A DNA stretch of 64,000 nt from assembly GCA_020632235.1 (NCBI GenBank), contig JACKFY010000003.1, positions 94,139-158,138 on the forward strand, given 5' to 3'. This stretch comes from Pseudomonadales bacterium (lineage in GTDB: Bacteria > Patescibacteriota > Microgenomatia > UBA1400 > PJMF01). Shown here piece by piece: positions 9,264-17,994 of this stretch. Each line of letters begins with the position of its first letter. Positions within the stretch are counted from its first letter, which is position 1. The notes under the pieces are model-generated. The model saw only the letters and a program-made list of their open reading frames with translations. It was not told the DNA's origin and did not search any database. A program made the position numbers and the translations under genes.

Positions 9264-9320
9264 ATGCAAGGAAGTAGTAATTATAGCAAATCCTCCTTTT
9301 TTCTACTATAATAAGAACCT

Positions 9321-10730
9321 ATGCAACGCACCCTCACCCTCCAAACCACCCAACATATCGGTGAAGTAGTCAAGCTGCAAGGCTGGGTCGACACCAAGCG
9401 CGACCACGGCAAGCTAACGTTTATTGATTTGCGTGACCGCACGGGCACTGTTCAGTGTGTGGGCTACCAAAAAATGGGTGAGCTAACTCCCGAGTCTGTG
9501 ATTGAGGTTGTCGGCCAGGTCAAAGAGCGCCCAGAAAACATGATCAATGCAGAAAGTGCCACTGGTGCGGTTGAAATTGACGTACGCGAGTACACAGTGC
9601 TGGGCAAAGCTGGCAGCCTGCCTATTCCTATCGATACGGATGGCAGTGAGATTGCCGAAGAGATGCGCCTTAAGTACCGCTATCTTGACCTGAGGCGCGA
9701 GAGGATGCAAAAAAATGTGCGAGTACGATCAGAGTTGACTCGCGCTCTGTCTGAAGCACTCTACGAGCGTGAGTTTGTCAACATCGAAACCCCCATGCTT
9801 ACCAAGTCAACCAAAGAGGGTGCGCGTGACTTTGTGGTTCCTGCCCGCCTGCAGCCAGGTTTGTTTTACGCCCTGCCCCAGAGTCCCCAGCAGTACAAGC
9901 AGCTCCTCATGACCGCAGGGTTTGAGCGCTACTTTCAGGTAGCACGCTGCATCCGTGATGAAGACCTGCGAAGTGACAGAGGTTTTGAGTTTACCCAGCT
10001 AGACCTTGAGATGAGCTTTCCCGAGTCGCGAGAGAGCGTGATGGAGTTGGTCGAGACTGTAGTCAAACAAGCGGTCACAAGTGTGGGTGGTAAGATGCAA
10101 CAAGACCCCTTTCCTGTTGTTTCGTACCCAGAGGCACTAGAAAAGTACGGCGCTGATAAGTTTGATCTTCGTACAGAGCAGGAAAAAAAGAATGGAGTAC
10201 TTGCCTTTGCCTGGGTGGTTGATTTCCCTTTTTTCAAGAAGGTTGATGCCAAAGATGTTGCCGAGGTACGTGATGGCAAGAGCGGCTGGACGTTCACCCA
10301 CAACCCCTTTAGCTCGCCTATACCAGAGCACATAGAGTGGCTCAAAAACAAAGAGCACATTGGCGAGATTATCACCGCCCAGTATGACCTAGTCTGCAAC
10401 GGCTACGAGGTGGGTGGCGGCAGCATTCGCGCCCACTCACCAGAGCTTTTGACCGCGGTGTTCGAGATCATGGGTTACTCAAGTGAAGAGATTACCGAAG
10501 GTGTAGGGCACATGCTCGAAGCCTTTGGTGTAGGCACACCACCTCACGGCGGTATTGCTTTGGGTCTTGATAGACTAGCGATGCTTCTGACCGGCGAGAC
10601 ATCACTCAAAGAATCTATTGCCTTTCCTATGACGGGGAGTGGCAAAACAGCAGTCATGCAGGCGCCAGCGCCTATTAGCGATGAGCAGTTGCGCGAGCTA
10701 CATCTAGCTACTCAGCTGCCAAAGAAGTGA
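9321..10730 (+). CDS. aspS: Aspartate--tRNA ligase (short form lacking GAD insertion)
   Basis: Class II aaRS with an OB-fold N-terminus. 'QSPQQYKQLLMTAGFERYFQVARCIRDEDLRSDRGFEFTQLDLEMSF' closely parallels AspRS motif 2 region. 'GLDRLAMLLTG' is motif 3. Confidence 0.85.
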   Translation: MQRTLTLQTTQHIGEVVKLQGWVDTKRDHGKLTFIDLRDRTGTVQCVGYQKMGELTPESVIEVVGQVKERPENMINAESATGAVEIDVREYTVLGKAGSLPIPIDTDGSEIAEEMRLKYRYLDLRRERMQKNVRVRSELTRALSEALYEREFVNIETPMLTKSTKEGARDFVVPARLQPGLFYALPQSPQQYKQLLMTAGFERYFQVARCIRDEDLRSDRGFEFTQLDLEMSFPESRESVMELVETVVKQAVTSVGGKMQQDPFPVVSYPEALEKYGADKFDLRTEQEKKNGVLAFAWVVDFPFFKKVDAKDVAEVRDGKSGWTFTHNPFSSPIPEHIEWLKNKEHIGEIITAQYDLVCNGYEVGGGSIRAHSPELLTAVFEIMGYSSEEITEGVGHMLEAFGVGTPPHGGIALGLDRLAMLLTGETSLKESIAFPMTGSGKTAVMQAPAPISDEQLRELHLATQLPKK

Positions 10731-10818
10731 GTCAGTCTCTTCTAGTTTCTTTGTAAAAGTGGGAGTAGGCATGGTAGGAATTGGTTTCGTACGCAGTATT
10801 TGTTATACTGACAGCACC

Positions 10819-11136
10819 ATGAGCAACACTACGCATAGCAATGGGTTATTACAGGCAAAAGAGGCAGTGCTCCCTGTTTTACTTAACTACTTTAACCCCC
10901 ACACAACAACGATCTTTGTCTTTGGTTCTCAAGCGTTGGGAGTACAACACGACCGATCAGACATCGATGTAGGCTACACAACTTCTACCCCCCCCAGTGC
11001 TCTTCAAACAACAGAGATGAGAGAAAAACTTGATACGCTACCCTTTCTTATCGATCTTGTTGACTTTTCGACTGTTTCGGATGACTTTAAAAAAGTAGCT
11101 AAGGAAAGTCGCATTGTATGGCACCAAGCAAAATAA
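10819..11136 (+). CDS. Minimal nucleotidyltransferase (MNT, Pol-beta superfamily) antitoxin-type protein
   Basis: 'VFGSQALGVQHDRSDIDVGY' is the GSx9-13 SDxD signature. The ORF track starts at 10759, but M21 (10819) is the likely start. 19-nt overlap with the downstream HEPN gene. Confidence 0.7.
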   Translation: MSNTTHSNGLLQAKEAVLPVLLNYFNPHTTTIFVFGSQALGVQHDRSDIDVGYTTSTPPSALQTTEMREKLDTLPFLIDLVDFSTVSDDFKKVAKESRIVWHQAK

Positions 11137-11501
11137 CTATTTTGAGAGAAAGTTTGACCTGTGCAGTAGCGCAACTTGACGAACTTGCCACAGTAGCTAA
11201 TCCGAGTGATGTTGAGCGAGACGCCCTTATCCAGCGGTTTGAGTATACGTTTGAACTTGGTTGGAAGTACTTAAAAGCACTCCTTGCAGATCAGGGTGTG
11301 CTTGAACACTCTCCCGCAAAAGTAATAAAAGAATCATATAGGGTAGAACTTATTGATGATCTCGAGCTATGGCTCACCCTGCTTGAAAAGCGAAACTTGA
11401 CTGTTCATATGTATAGTCAAGAGATTGCAGAGTCAGTACTGCCGTTTTCTCCACCGCTTGTAACAGCAACTAGACAGCTATTACGATCAACTAATGAGTG
11501 A
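11118..11501 (+). CDS. HEPN-domain protein (nucleotidyltransferase substrate-binding, HI0074-like) toxin-type
   Basis: 127 aa, helical, with the Rx4H motif 'RNLTVH' near the C-terminus. Paired with the MNT gene. Confidence 0.7.
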   Translation: MAPSKITILRESLTCAVAQLDELATVANPSDVERDALIQRFEYTFELGWKYLKALLADQGVLEHSPAKVIKESYRVELIDDLELWLTLLEKRNLTVHMYSQEIAESVLPFSPPLVTATRQLLRSTNE

Positions 11502-11597
11502 TGTTTTGTGAAACGGGTGGTGCAGGAGATGTTTTCAACAGGTTTTGGATGGATAAAAAATAGAGAATAGGGAAAACCATCTTAAGAAAACATTGTA

Positions 11598-12017
11598 TTA
11601 GTAGGCATTTTTACCTAAGAAGCTGAGATCAGCGCCCTGTTGCTTCAGAAAATCTCTTAACAAAATGTACTGATTTCTTTGCGCATCTGTAGGATCGTAG
11701 CTTCTAATGATATCTACAGTCCATGTTGGGTTGTTGCGTAATGAGGAGCTCTTGGGCTGAAAAGATGTATCTATGTAAACCAACATTTCCAGAATGTCTA
11801 GCAACTTACTTTTTGGGTTTTCACTAGAAGCGACTTTGAGCAACCAAATGAGTGATGTTTGGTCAAATTTTATAAAAAAGGGGCCAGAGTTATGATCAAC
11901 CCTTGCCCACATTTGCCCACTGTTCTTTATAAGAAAGTCATACTCCGTGGGAGTAGCAACTAACCCACGATTGCGTGCCTGTTTGAATCCTGCGTAATGC
12001 TTATTATATCTTTGCAC
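11598..12017 (-). CDS. Hypothetical protein
   Basis: 139-aa ORF with no recognisable motifs. Sits between the TA pair and murC. Confidence 0.35.
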   Translation of the reverse strand: MQRYNKHYAGFKQARNRGLVATPTEYDFLIKNSGQMWARVDHNSGPFFIKFDQTSLIWLLKVASSENPKSKLLDILEMLVYIDTSFQPKSSSLRNNPTWTVDIIRSYDPTDAQRNQYILLRDFLKQQGADLSFLGKNAY

Positions 12018-12111
12018 TATTGGATCAATATAATCACTGTTCTCATGAATTTTTTGGGCAACATTCTTACCCCCCCCCAGAACGAAACCGATTGAAAAAT
12101 TCTCTCATGTC

Positions 12112-13542
12112 TTATAGTATATCATACACCTTATACACATCGCCCGCTCCCATAGTCAAACAAGCATCACCAGGTCGTAGGGTAGAGTTGAGTGTCTTTG
12201 CCAGCTCGTCAAGTGTTGTGACAACAGCAATATCTGCAGCTGGATTTTTTTGCTTGACAGCCTCTGCAAGTAGTTGACTAGATACAGAGTCATCACGTTC
12301 TTCTCTAGCAGAGGCAAAAACTTCCAGTAAGATGAGGCGCTCGATTTTTGCCAGAGCATCGACGAAGTCGTCAAACAGCTCTTTGGTGCGTGAGTAGGTA
12401 TGAGGCTGAAAGACAACTATTTTTTTTTGGTCTGGATACCACTGGCCTAAAGCGGTGAGTGTGGCGGTGATTTCGTCTGGATGGTGAGCATAGTCATCAT
12501 AGTAGGTGACACCATCTCTTTCTCTAATGTATTCAAAGCGACGCTTGGTAGAGCGAAACGCGGTGAGTGCCTGCATGGCCTCTGGCAGAGCAATGCCGAG
12601 GTGTGTGGTTGCAGCCAGCGCGCTGGCTGCATTGGCCACATTGTGAAGACCTGGTAGAGCAAGGGTGCTGGTGTGGGTTGCTCCTTGGTGCGTGATGGCG
12701 TAGGCGGTTGTACCAGCGCGCGTGCTATCGGGATCAAGCGCATAGATAACATCTGCCCCACTCTTTTTTGTGCCGAATGAAATGCCCTTGGCGGGAAGTG
12801 TCTCTGGAAGATGGGGGCGATCATCTGCGTTATACACCAATATGCCGCCCGGCTTGATGTGCGAGAAAAACTGAGCGAACACCTCTTTGGTGTGATTAAA
12901 GTCTTGGTAGACATCAGGATGGTCAAACGCGAGGTTGGTGCAGACAGTCAGGTATGGCTTGAGGTAGGAAAATCTTGGGGTGACCTGCTCTCCCTTCGTG
13001 ACTGCGGCTGGGTCGGTTACGTACTCGTCTGCCTCTGCCACAAAGTACTCTGATGCTTGATTCCAAGCTCCTGTTCTTGATAAGCCTGGAATGCTCCCCA
13101 CACCTACGGCGTAGGACGGGTGGCGAGCAGTATGTTCCAAAATCCAGGCGATCATAGCGCTGACGGTGGACTTCCCCCCTACGCCGCACACCGCAATGCC
13201 TTTTTTTTGGTTAAACAGCAGCCCGAGCGCTTCTGCATGAGAGAGGGTGGGAGTATTTTTTGCTTGGGCTTCGCGTACTAACGGATTATCAGGGCCGTTG
13301 TGGGCGGCCGTGTAGATAACGCACTGGGTGTTTTCTGGTAGTGGTGTGTTTAGAGAAGTAGCGGTAATACCAAGTTCTTCCAGCTGGTCTTTGGTGATAA
13401 AGTCTTCTGCTGTGTCACCTCCCCGCACTGTTTTCCCCATGTCAATCAGGCAGGCAGCCAGCGCAGTCATGGCAACACCTTTCACCCCAACCAAAAAAAA
13501 TCTATCCCACTCTAAAACATTTTGGATGGACACTGTGTTCAT
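12112..13542 (-). CDS. murC: Mur ligase, UDP-N-acetylmuramate--L-alanine ligase-like
   Basis: N-terminal Rossmann 'FFLVGVKGVAMTALAACLIDMGKTVRGGD' (MurC-like 'GIGGiGMS...GSD'). P-loop 'AVCGVGGKSTVSAMIA'. 476 aa. MurC versus MurD/Mpl cannot be fully resolved by eye. Confidence 0.6.
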   Translation of the reverse strand: MNTVSIQNVLEWDRFFLVGVKGVAMTALAACLIDMGKTVRGGDTAEDFITKDQLEELGITATSLNTPLPENTQCVIYTAAHNGPDNPLVREAQAKNTPTLSHAEALGLLFNQKKGIAVCGVGGKSTVSAMIAWILEHTARHPSYAVGVGSIPGLSRTGAWNQASEYFVAEADEYVTDPAAVTKGEQVTPRFSYLKPYLTVCTNLAFDHPDVYQDFNHTKEVFAQFFSHIKPGGILVYNADDRPHLPETLPAKGISFGTKKSGADVIYALDPDSTRAGTTAYAITHQGATHTSTLALPGLHNVANAASALAATTHLGIALPEAMQALTAFRSTKRRFEYIRERDGVTYYDDYAHHPDEITATLTALGQWYPDQKKIVVFQPHTYSRTKELFDDFVDALAKIERLILLEVFASAREERDDSVSSQLLAEAVKQKNPAADIAVVTTLDELAKTLNSTLRPGDACLTMGAGDVYKVYDIL

Positions 13543-13551
13543 GCTATTCTT

Positions 13552-14550
13552 TCAAAGTTTTTCTAAAATATTTTCCAAGACGTGTTGTAGTTTCGCACTG
13601 TCATGACGAATCAGCGAGCGATGAGCGGTGTCATGTTCTGATTTTTCAACTACAGTAGTGCTAGCCAGAGGTTTTTTGAGCATGTGTGTATTATGTACGT
13701 CTGTATCGTCAAGCACGGGGTATTCTTTTTCTGCTGCGTAGCGCGCTAGAATTTCTGAAGAAAAGACATCGGTATTGACCAGCATCCAGTCTACTGGCTG
13801 GCCAATAGCTGCTTCTATCCCTTTTTGGTGGACAGTGGCAGACATGCCGTGCGTTTGGGTTTTGCGGGTCATCAGGTTGAGCACGTACAGCACCTTGGCT
13901 GATGAGGTCTTGAATGCTGTTTGCACACCATCTACCATTAGTGTAGCCATGATACTGGCGTAGTAGTCACCCGGGCCAATGATGATGAGATCGGCTGACT
14001 CAATGGCTTGTTGTGCTTGAGAACTCAAAGAGCAGTTTGGCACGAGCGTTACTTTTTTTATTGTTTTAGGATGCTTTGGGTTTTCGTCCAAGATGTGCTC
14101 ACCCACCTCACTGGTGCCATCGGTGTAGTGAATCTTGAGGTTCACATTTTCGTCGGTGACGGGCAGCACGGTTCCACTCAGGCGAAAGATGCGACTGGCT
14201 ATGCCGAGTGACTCGGTTGTTGAGCTAGTCATGTCTTGGAGCGCTGTCAAGATGAGATTGCCCAGATTGTGACCCTTGAGCCCGCTTCCTTTATTAAATC
14301 GGTAGAGCAGAATGTTTTGAATCCAGTTTTCGTGTTCAGACTCGGCAAGCGCTGCAAGTGATTGTCTTAAATCACCTACAGGCTGAAAGCCAAACTCATC
14401 ACGTATGCGCCCTGTAGAGCCACCCGAGTCGGAAACAGCAATAAGGGTGGTGATGGTGACGGGCAGCTCTTTGAGTGCCGTGATCACCCCAAACGTGCCC
14501 GTGCCCCCGCCCATCACTACAACGTTATAAGGCTTCTTTTTTTTACTCAT
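13552..14550 (-). CDS. yvcK: YvcK/CofD-like (UPF0052, gluconeogenesis factor) family protein
   Basis: 'YNVVVMGGGTGTFGVITALKELPVTITTLIAVSDSGGSTGRIRDEFGFQPVGDLRQSLAALA' is the family signature. Start refined to M47 'MSKKKKPYNVVV' (ATG 14550). 8-nt overlap with the murE stop. Confidence 0.75.
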   Translation of the reverse strand: MSKKKKPYNVVVMGGGTGTFGVITALKELPVTITTLIAVSDSGGSTGRIRDEFGFQPVGDLRQSLAALAESEHENWIQNILLYRFNKGSGLKGHNLGNLILTALQDMTSSTTESLGIASRIFRLSGTVLPVTDENVNLKIHYTDGTSEVGEHILDENPKHPKTIKKVTLVPNCSLSSQAQQAIESADLIIIGPGDYYASIMATLMVDGVQTAFKTSSAKVLYVLNLMTRKTQTHGMSATVHQKGIEAAIGQPVDWMLVNTDVFSSEILARYAAEKEYPVLDDTDVHNTHMLKKPLASTTVVEKSEHDTAHRSLIRHDSAKLQHVLENILEKL

Positions 14551-15796
14551 TTCTTTTTTCAGGATTACTGTATACCAAGGTGCCAGAGGCGATAGAGCGA
14601 ATGGCGTCCGCATCGTTCCAAGGATACTCTGCCCTACCATAGCACATGCTTTGCTCGTGGCCTTTGCCACACACCACGATGGTATCACCCTTTTGGGCCA
14701 AGGTGTTCATGGCAAAGGCAATAGCCTCTCCTCTGTCAGCGATCGAGATCACATTTCGGTAGTTCTTGCCCAGGTTTTCCTTCATCTGCCTGATGATGCT
14801 CCAGACGTCTTCTTCTCGGGGGTCTTCGGCAGTAAAGATAGCGATGTCAGCACCACTTGCGGCTATCTGTCCCATGATCGGGCGCTTGCTAGTGTCTCTT
14901 TTACTAGCGCAGCCCACAATACAGATCAGCTTGCCTTTTGTTATACTCGGTTGGCGCAGATGGGAGAGAATGTGCTTTAGCCCGTTGGGGGTATGAGCGA
15001 AATCAACATATACCTGATACGGCTTCTTAACCGATATCTTTTCAACTCTACCAGGAATGCCAGTAAACTGAGTTATACCTTTGATGTACTGCTCATCATG
15101 CACCCCTACTTCGCGAGCCATACTATAGACTAGTCGTGCGTTCAGCTGGTTGAACGGCTCGGGAAAACGTGTAGCAATGGCTGTTTTTATAGACAAAGGG
15201 AGTTCTGTGTCCATGGAGTAGGTTTGCACTCTCTTGCTACGCACGTATTTTTTTACCAGTTTGTACTGTTCATCATCAGCATTGAGCACTGCTGTTTGTG
15301 CGCTAGAGAGAATGAGGCTTTTTGCCTTGGCATACTCATCCAACTTGAGATGATAGTCAAGGTGCTCGTGTGTGAGATTGGTGATGCCTGCCACGCGGGG
15401 CGTAATGCCCCAAGTACGATATTGATACAAACCGTGCGATGTAACCTCAAGCACGAGTGTGTCGTACCCCTCTTGCTCCATACGTTTTATGAAGGTGAGG
15501 AGATCTCTAGGTTGGGGTGAGGTAACATGAAACCCAGTGTCAATAGCCTCATCACCGATGTAGGCGGCAACGGTAGTCAGGAGCGCCACCTTTTTACCCG
15601 CTGCTTTCAGCACTTCGTAGAGCATGGTAGCTGAAGTAGTTTTACCATCAGTGCCGGTAACAGCCAGTACGATGATGTTTTTTTCTGGAAACCCAAGTTG
15701 CATCTGCGCTCGCCAGCCGTTGAGCACGCCTGTTTTCATAAAATGATAGGGGCGTTTTGCCTTGTAGAGAGCCATCTTGATCATGTCGCAGCCCAT
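14543..15796 (-). CDS. murE: Mur ligase, MurE-like (UDP-MurNAc-L-Ala-D-Glu:diamino acid ligase) with reduced N-terminal domain
   Basis: P-loop 'VTGTDGKTTSATM', 'VLNADDEQ', and C-terminal 'FTAEDPREED' resembling the MurE DNPRxE motif. Only about 45 aa precede the P-loop. Confidence 0.6.
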   Translation of the reverse strand: MGCDMIKMALYKAKRPYHFMKTGVLNGWRAQMQLGFPEKNIIVLAVTGTDGKTTSATMLYEVLKAAGKKVALLTTVAAYIGDEAIDTGFHVTSPQPRDLLTFIKRMEQEGYDTLVLEVTSHGLYQYRTWGITPRVAGITNLTHEHLDYHLKLDEYAKAKSLILSSAQTAVLNADDEQYKLVKKYVRSKRVQTYSMDTELPLSIKTAIATRFPEPFNQLNARLVYSMAREVGVHDEQYIKGITQFTGIPGRVEKISVKKPYQVYVDFAHTPNGLKHILSHLRQPSITKGKLICIVGCASKRDTSKRPIMGQIAASGADIAIFTAEDPREEDVWSIIRQMKENLGKNYRNVISIADRGEAIAFAMNTLAQKGDTIVVCGKGHEQSMCYGRAEYPWNDADAIRSIASGTLVYSNPEKRNE

Positions 15797-15816
15797 TATA
15801 TACCACTTTTTTACTC

Positions 15817-17649
15817 TTAATCCCCCACGCTGGCTGAGTCTGATGCTGGTAGGGTGAAATCAAAGACAGTGTTCTGGTCAAGATCGGGTGGAATATTGAG
15901 AAGAAGGAAAAGTTGGTCGGCGATGTCATACCAGAGTGGTGTGGCGGTTTCAGATGCCCAAGTAGAGGTAGTTGGTTCTGAGAGCTTGACGAGCATCACA
16001 AACTCTGGATTGTAGGCAGGGGCAAACCCAACAAAACTGGCAATAGTTTTATCTTCATCATAGCCGCCCTGTACTGCAATTTGTGAGGTGCCTGTCTTCC
16101 CCGCTACCGTGTGCGTGCGCGAGCGTGTCCACTGCGCCTCACCGTGCCCGGCAGCATTGACCATCATTTCAGTAACGGTTGTAGCAGTTTGGGCAGAAAT
16201 GGGCGTACTGAGTGTTGTTGTGCGGGCGGGAATACGCTCACCAGTGGTAGTATCGATCACACCTTCAATAATTCTCGGCTGTACCATCTGGCCGGTGTTG
16301 GCAATAGCGCTTACTGCCCGCACTAACTGCATGCTTGTAGTACCGATACCCTGACCAAATGAAGTAGTTGCTAGCTCTACAACACCTAGTTTTTCAGGGA
16401 ACGGCGTACTAGTGTCTTCCTGCATATCAATGCCGATGGGCTGTCCGATGCCAAATGATGTGAGGTATGAGAGTAAGCGCTCGGATCCAAGCAACTCAGC
16501 AATGTAGATCATGGCGGTATTGTCAGACTTTGCCAAACCTTGATTCATAGTAATGCCTGGTGTATAGACCTCATTCCATGTTTTTAGCTCATACCCACCC
16601 AGGTTTCTTGGGCCGCTGCAGCGCGGACAGCTTGTTTCAGGCGTGATCACTCCCGCATCAATACCAGCGGCAACCGTTAAAACTTTAAATGTTGAGCCTG
16701 GTTCATACATGTCTGCGAGCGAAGGGTTTTTATAGTATTCGCTCGGGTAGGCATAAAAGTACTGGGGGTTGTAGTTAGGATAGGTAGCCCAACCCAAGAT
16801 TGCTCCCGTGTGGGGGTTCATGATCAACACCTCCCCCTCTTTTGCTCCGTACCGCCGCATGCCTTGTTTGAGCTGTGTTTCAGCCATGTACTGTATGTCT
16901 CGACGAATGGTGAGTACAATATCTCGACCACGTAGCTTTTCTTCATTGAGAAACCCAACACTACCTATTTTTTTCCCCAGGGCATCAGTAGCAACCGTCT
17001 CTGTTTCAGATTTCCCCTGCAGCTCTTTTTCTAGCGCCCCCTCCACGCCAAAATAACCAGCGTCATCACCTTCTTTATTTTTACCCACAAACCCCACCAC
17101 TTGTGCGGCCATCGAGGCCTCTTTGTATGAACGCTGGATGTACTGATCAAAGCCCACACCAGTTAGTGACTCACTCGCAATGGTGTCTTTTATCTCTTGG
17201 GGGACGCGGTCAATAATAGCTACCCAATTACTTTGTGTTGCACTTATTTTTTCTAGAGCGTTGGTTTGAAATGCAGTGGTGAGCTCTTCTGGCGTCTCCC
17301 CACCAGTGTTCTGGGCTATTAACAGTGGTGTGAGATAAGGTGTAATGGTCTGTAACACCTCTGCGGGTGGTAGGGTGAGCTCTTGAGGACGAATAAACAG
17401 GCGGTAGCTCGGCTCGTTGCCAACCAATACGTGGTTGTCTGACGTGAAGATACTTCCCCGCTCACCACTGGTGGTGACCTCCCGTTGGTATTGATTTTGA
17501 GCAACTGCCTTGAGCGAGTCGCTTTGTATAATCTGCCAATAGTACAGGCGGGCTGTAATACCCAGACATACGAGACAAAAAAGAGCTATCATGCTGTGTG
17601 CTCGCCAACGCCTCATGTGTGCTTGCTTATTTTTTTCACTTCGTGTCAT
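15817..17649 (-). CDS. ftsI: Peptidoglycan D,D-transpeptidase (class B PBP, FtsI/PBP2-like)
   Basis: N-terminal TM followed by the transpeptidase motifs SxxK 'STFK', SxN 'SDN' and KTG 'KTGT'. Confidence 0.85.
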   Translation of the reverse strand: MTRSEKNKQAHMRRWRAHSMIALFCLVCLGITARLYYWQIIQSDSLKAVAQNQYQREVTTSGERGSIFTSDNHVLVGNEPSYRLFIRPQELTLPPAEVLQTITPYLTPLLIAQNTGGETPEELTTAFQTNALEKISATQSNWVAIIDRVPQEIKDTIASESLTGVGFDQYIQRSYKEASMAAQVVGFVGKNKEGDDAGYFGVEGALEKELQGKSETETVATDALGKKIGSVGFLNEEKLRGRDIVLTIRRDIQYMAETQLKQGMRRYGAKEGEVLIMNPHTGAILGWATYPNYNPQYFYAYPSEYYKNPSLADMYEPGSTFKVLTVAAGIDAGVITPETSCPRCSGPRNLGGYELKTWNEVYTPGITMNQGLAKSDNTAMIYIAELLGSERLLSYLTSFGIGQPIGIDMQEDTSTPFPEKLGVVELATTSFGQGIGTTSMQLVRAVSAIANTGQMVQPRIIEGVIDTTTGERIPARTTTLSTPISAQTATTVTEMMVNAAGHGEAQWTRSRTHTVAGKTGTSQIAVQGGYDEDKTIASFVGFAPAYNPEFVMLVKLSEPTTSTWASETATPLWYDIADQLFLLLNIPPDLDQNTVFDFTLPASDSASVGD

Positions 17650-17703
17650 AGAGAGACTATACTACCCTGCTTTGCGACGATCTGCCAGACCGCTCGCCTT
17701 ATT

Positions 17704-17994
17704 TTACGGCAGTGCAGCAACAGTTGTTTGCGCTGTTCGTATTGTTGCTGGTTTGCTGATGGGTTGAAACCCCGCTGCGCGCGCAGCGTCTTCTAGTTCT
17801 ACAAGCGAGAGGTGTGTCGTGCCAAACTGCTGCGACCTGAGTTCTTCTCTGAGTGCTGTTTGTTGATCGGTCAGCTGAGTCAGTTGGTAGCTCTGATGCA
17901 CAAATAAACTCCCCTGAAATAGGGTGGTCAGCAGCTGGGTGGCAACAAGCAGACCTAGTGCGCCATAATAGAGTGGTAGTGTTGTGTGTTTCAT
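17704..17994 (-). CDS. ftsL: Cell division protein FtsL-like (small bitopic coiled-coil protein)
   Basis: 96 aa with an N-terminal TM helix followed by a coiled-coil-like 'LTDQQTALREELRSQQ'. Positioned between rsmH and ftsI with 4-nt overlaps. Confidence 0.5.
   Translation of the reverse strand: MKHTTLPLYYGALGLLVATQLLTTLFQGSLFVHQSYQLTQLTDQQTALREELRSQQFGTTHLSLVELEDAARAAGFQPISKPATIRTAQTTVAALP

Larger units (their letters stand above)
5718..9320. other. AT-rich compositional island carrying a four-gene operon (palm-domain cyclase-like, S51 peptidase, S66 peptidase, SAM MTase)
   Basis: Base composition drops visibly relative to flanking recJ and aspS. All four genes are co-directional with overlaps or gaps of 18 nt or less. 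Confidence 0.5.

Noticed and set aside
5750-9290. Imperfect 13-nt direct repeat (about 10/13 matches) near both ends of the first AT-rich island: 'AGTAGGTATTATT' at about 5750 and 'AGTAGTAATTATA' at about 9277.
   Set aside because: It is too short, imperfect and AT-rich to distinguish from chance. No integrase or tRNA is nearby, so it is not called as att sites.
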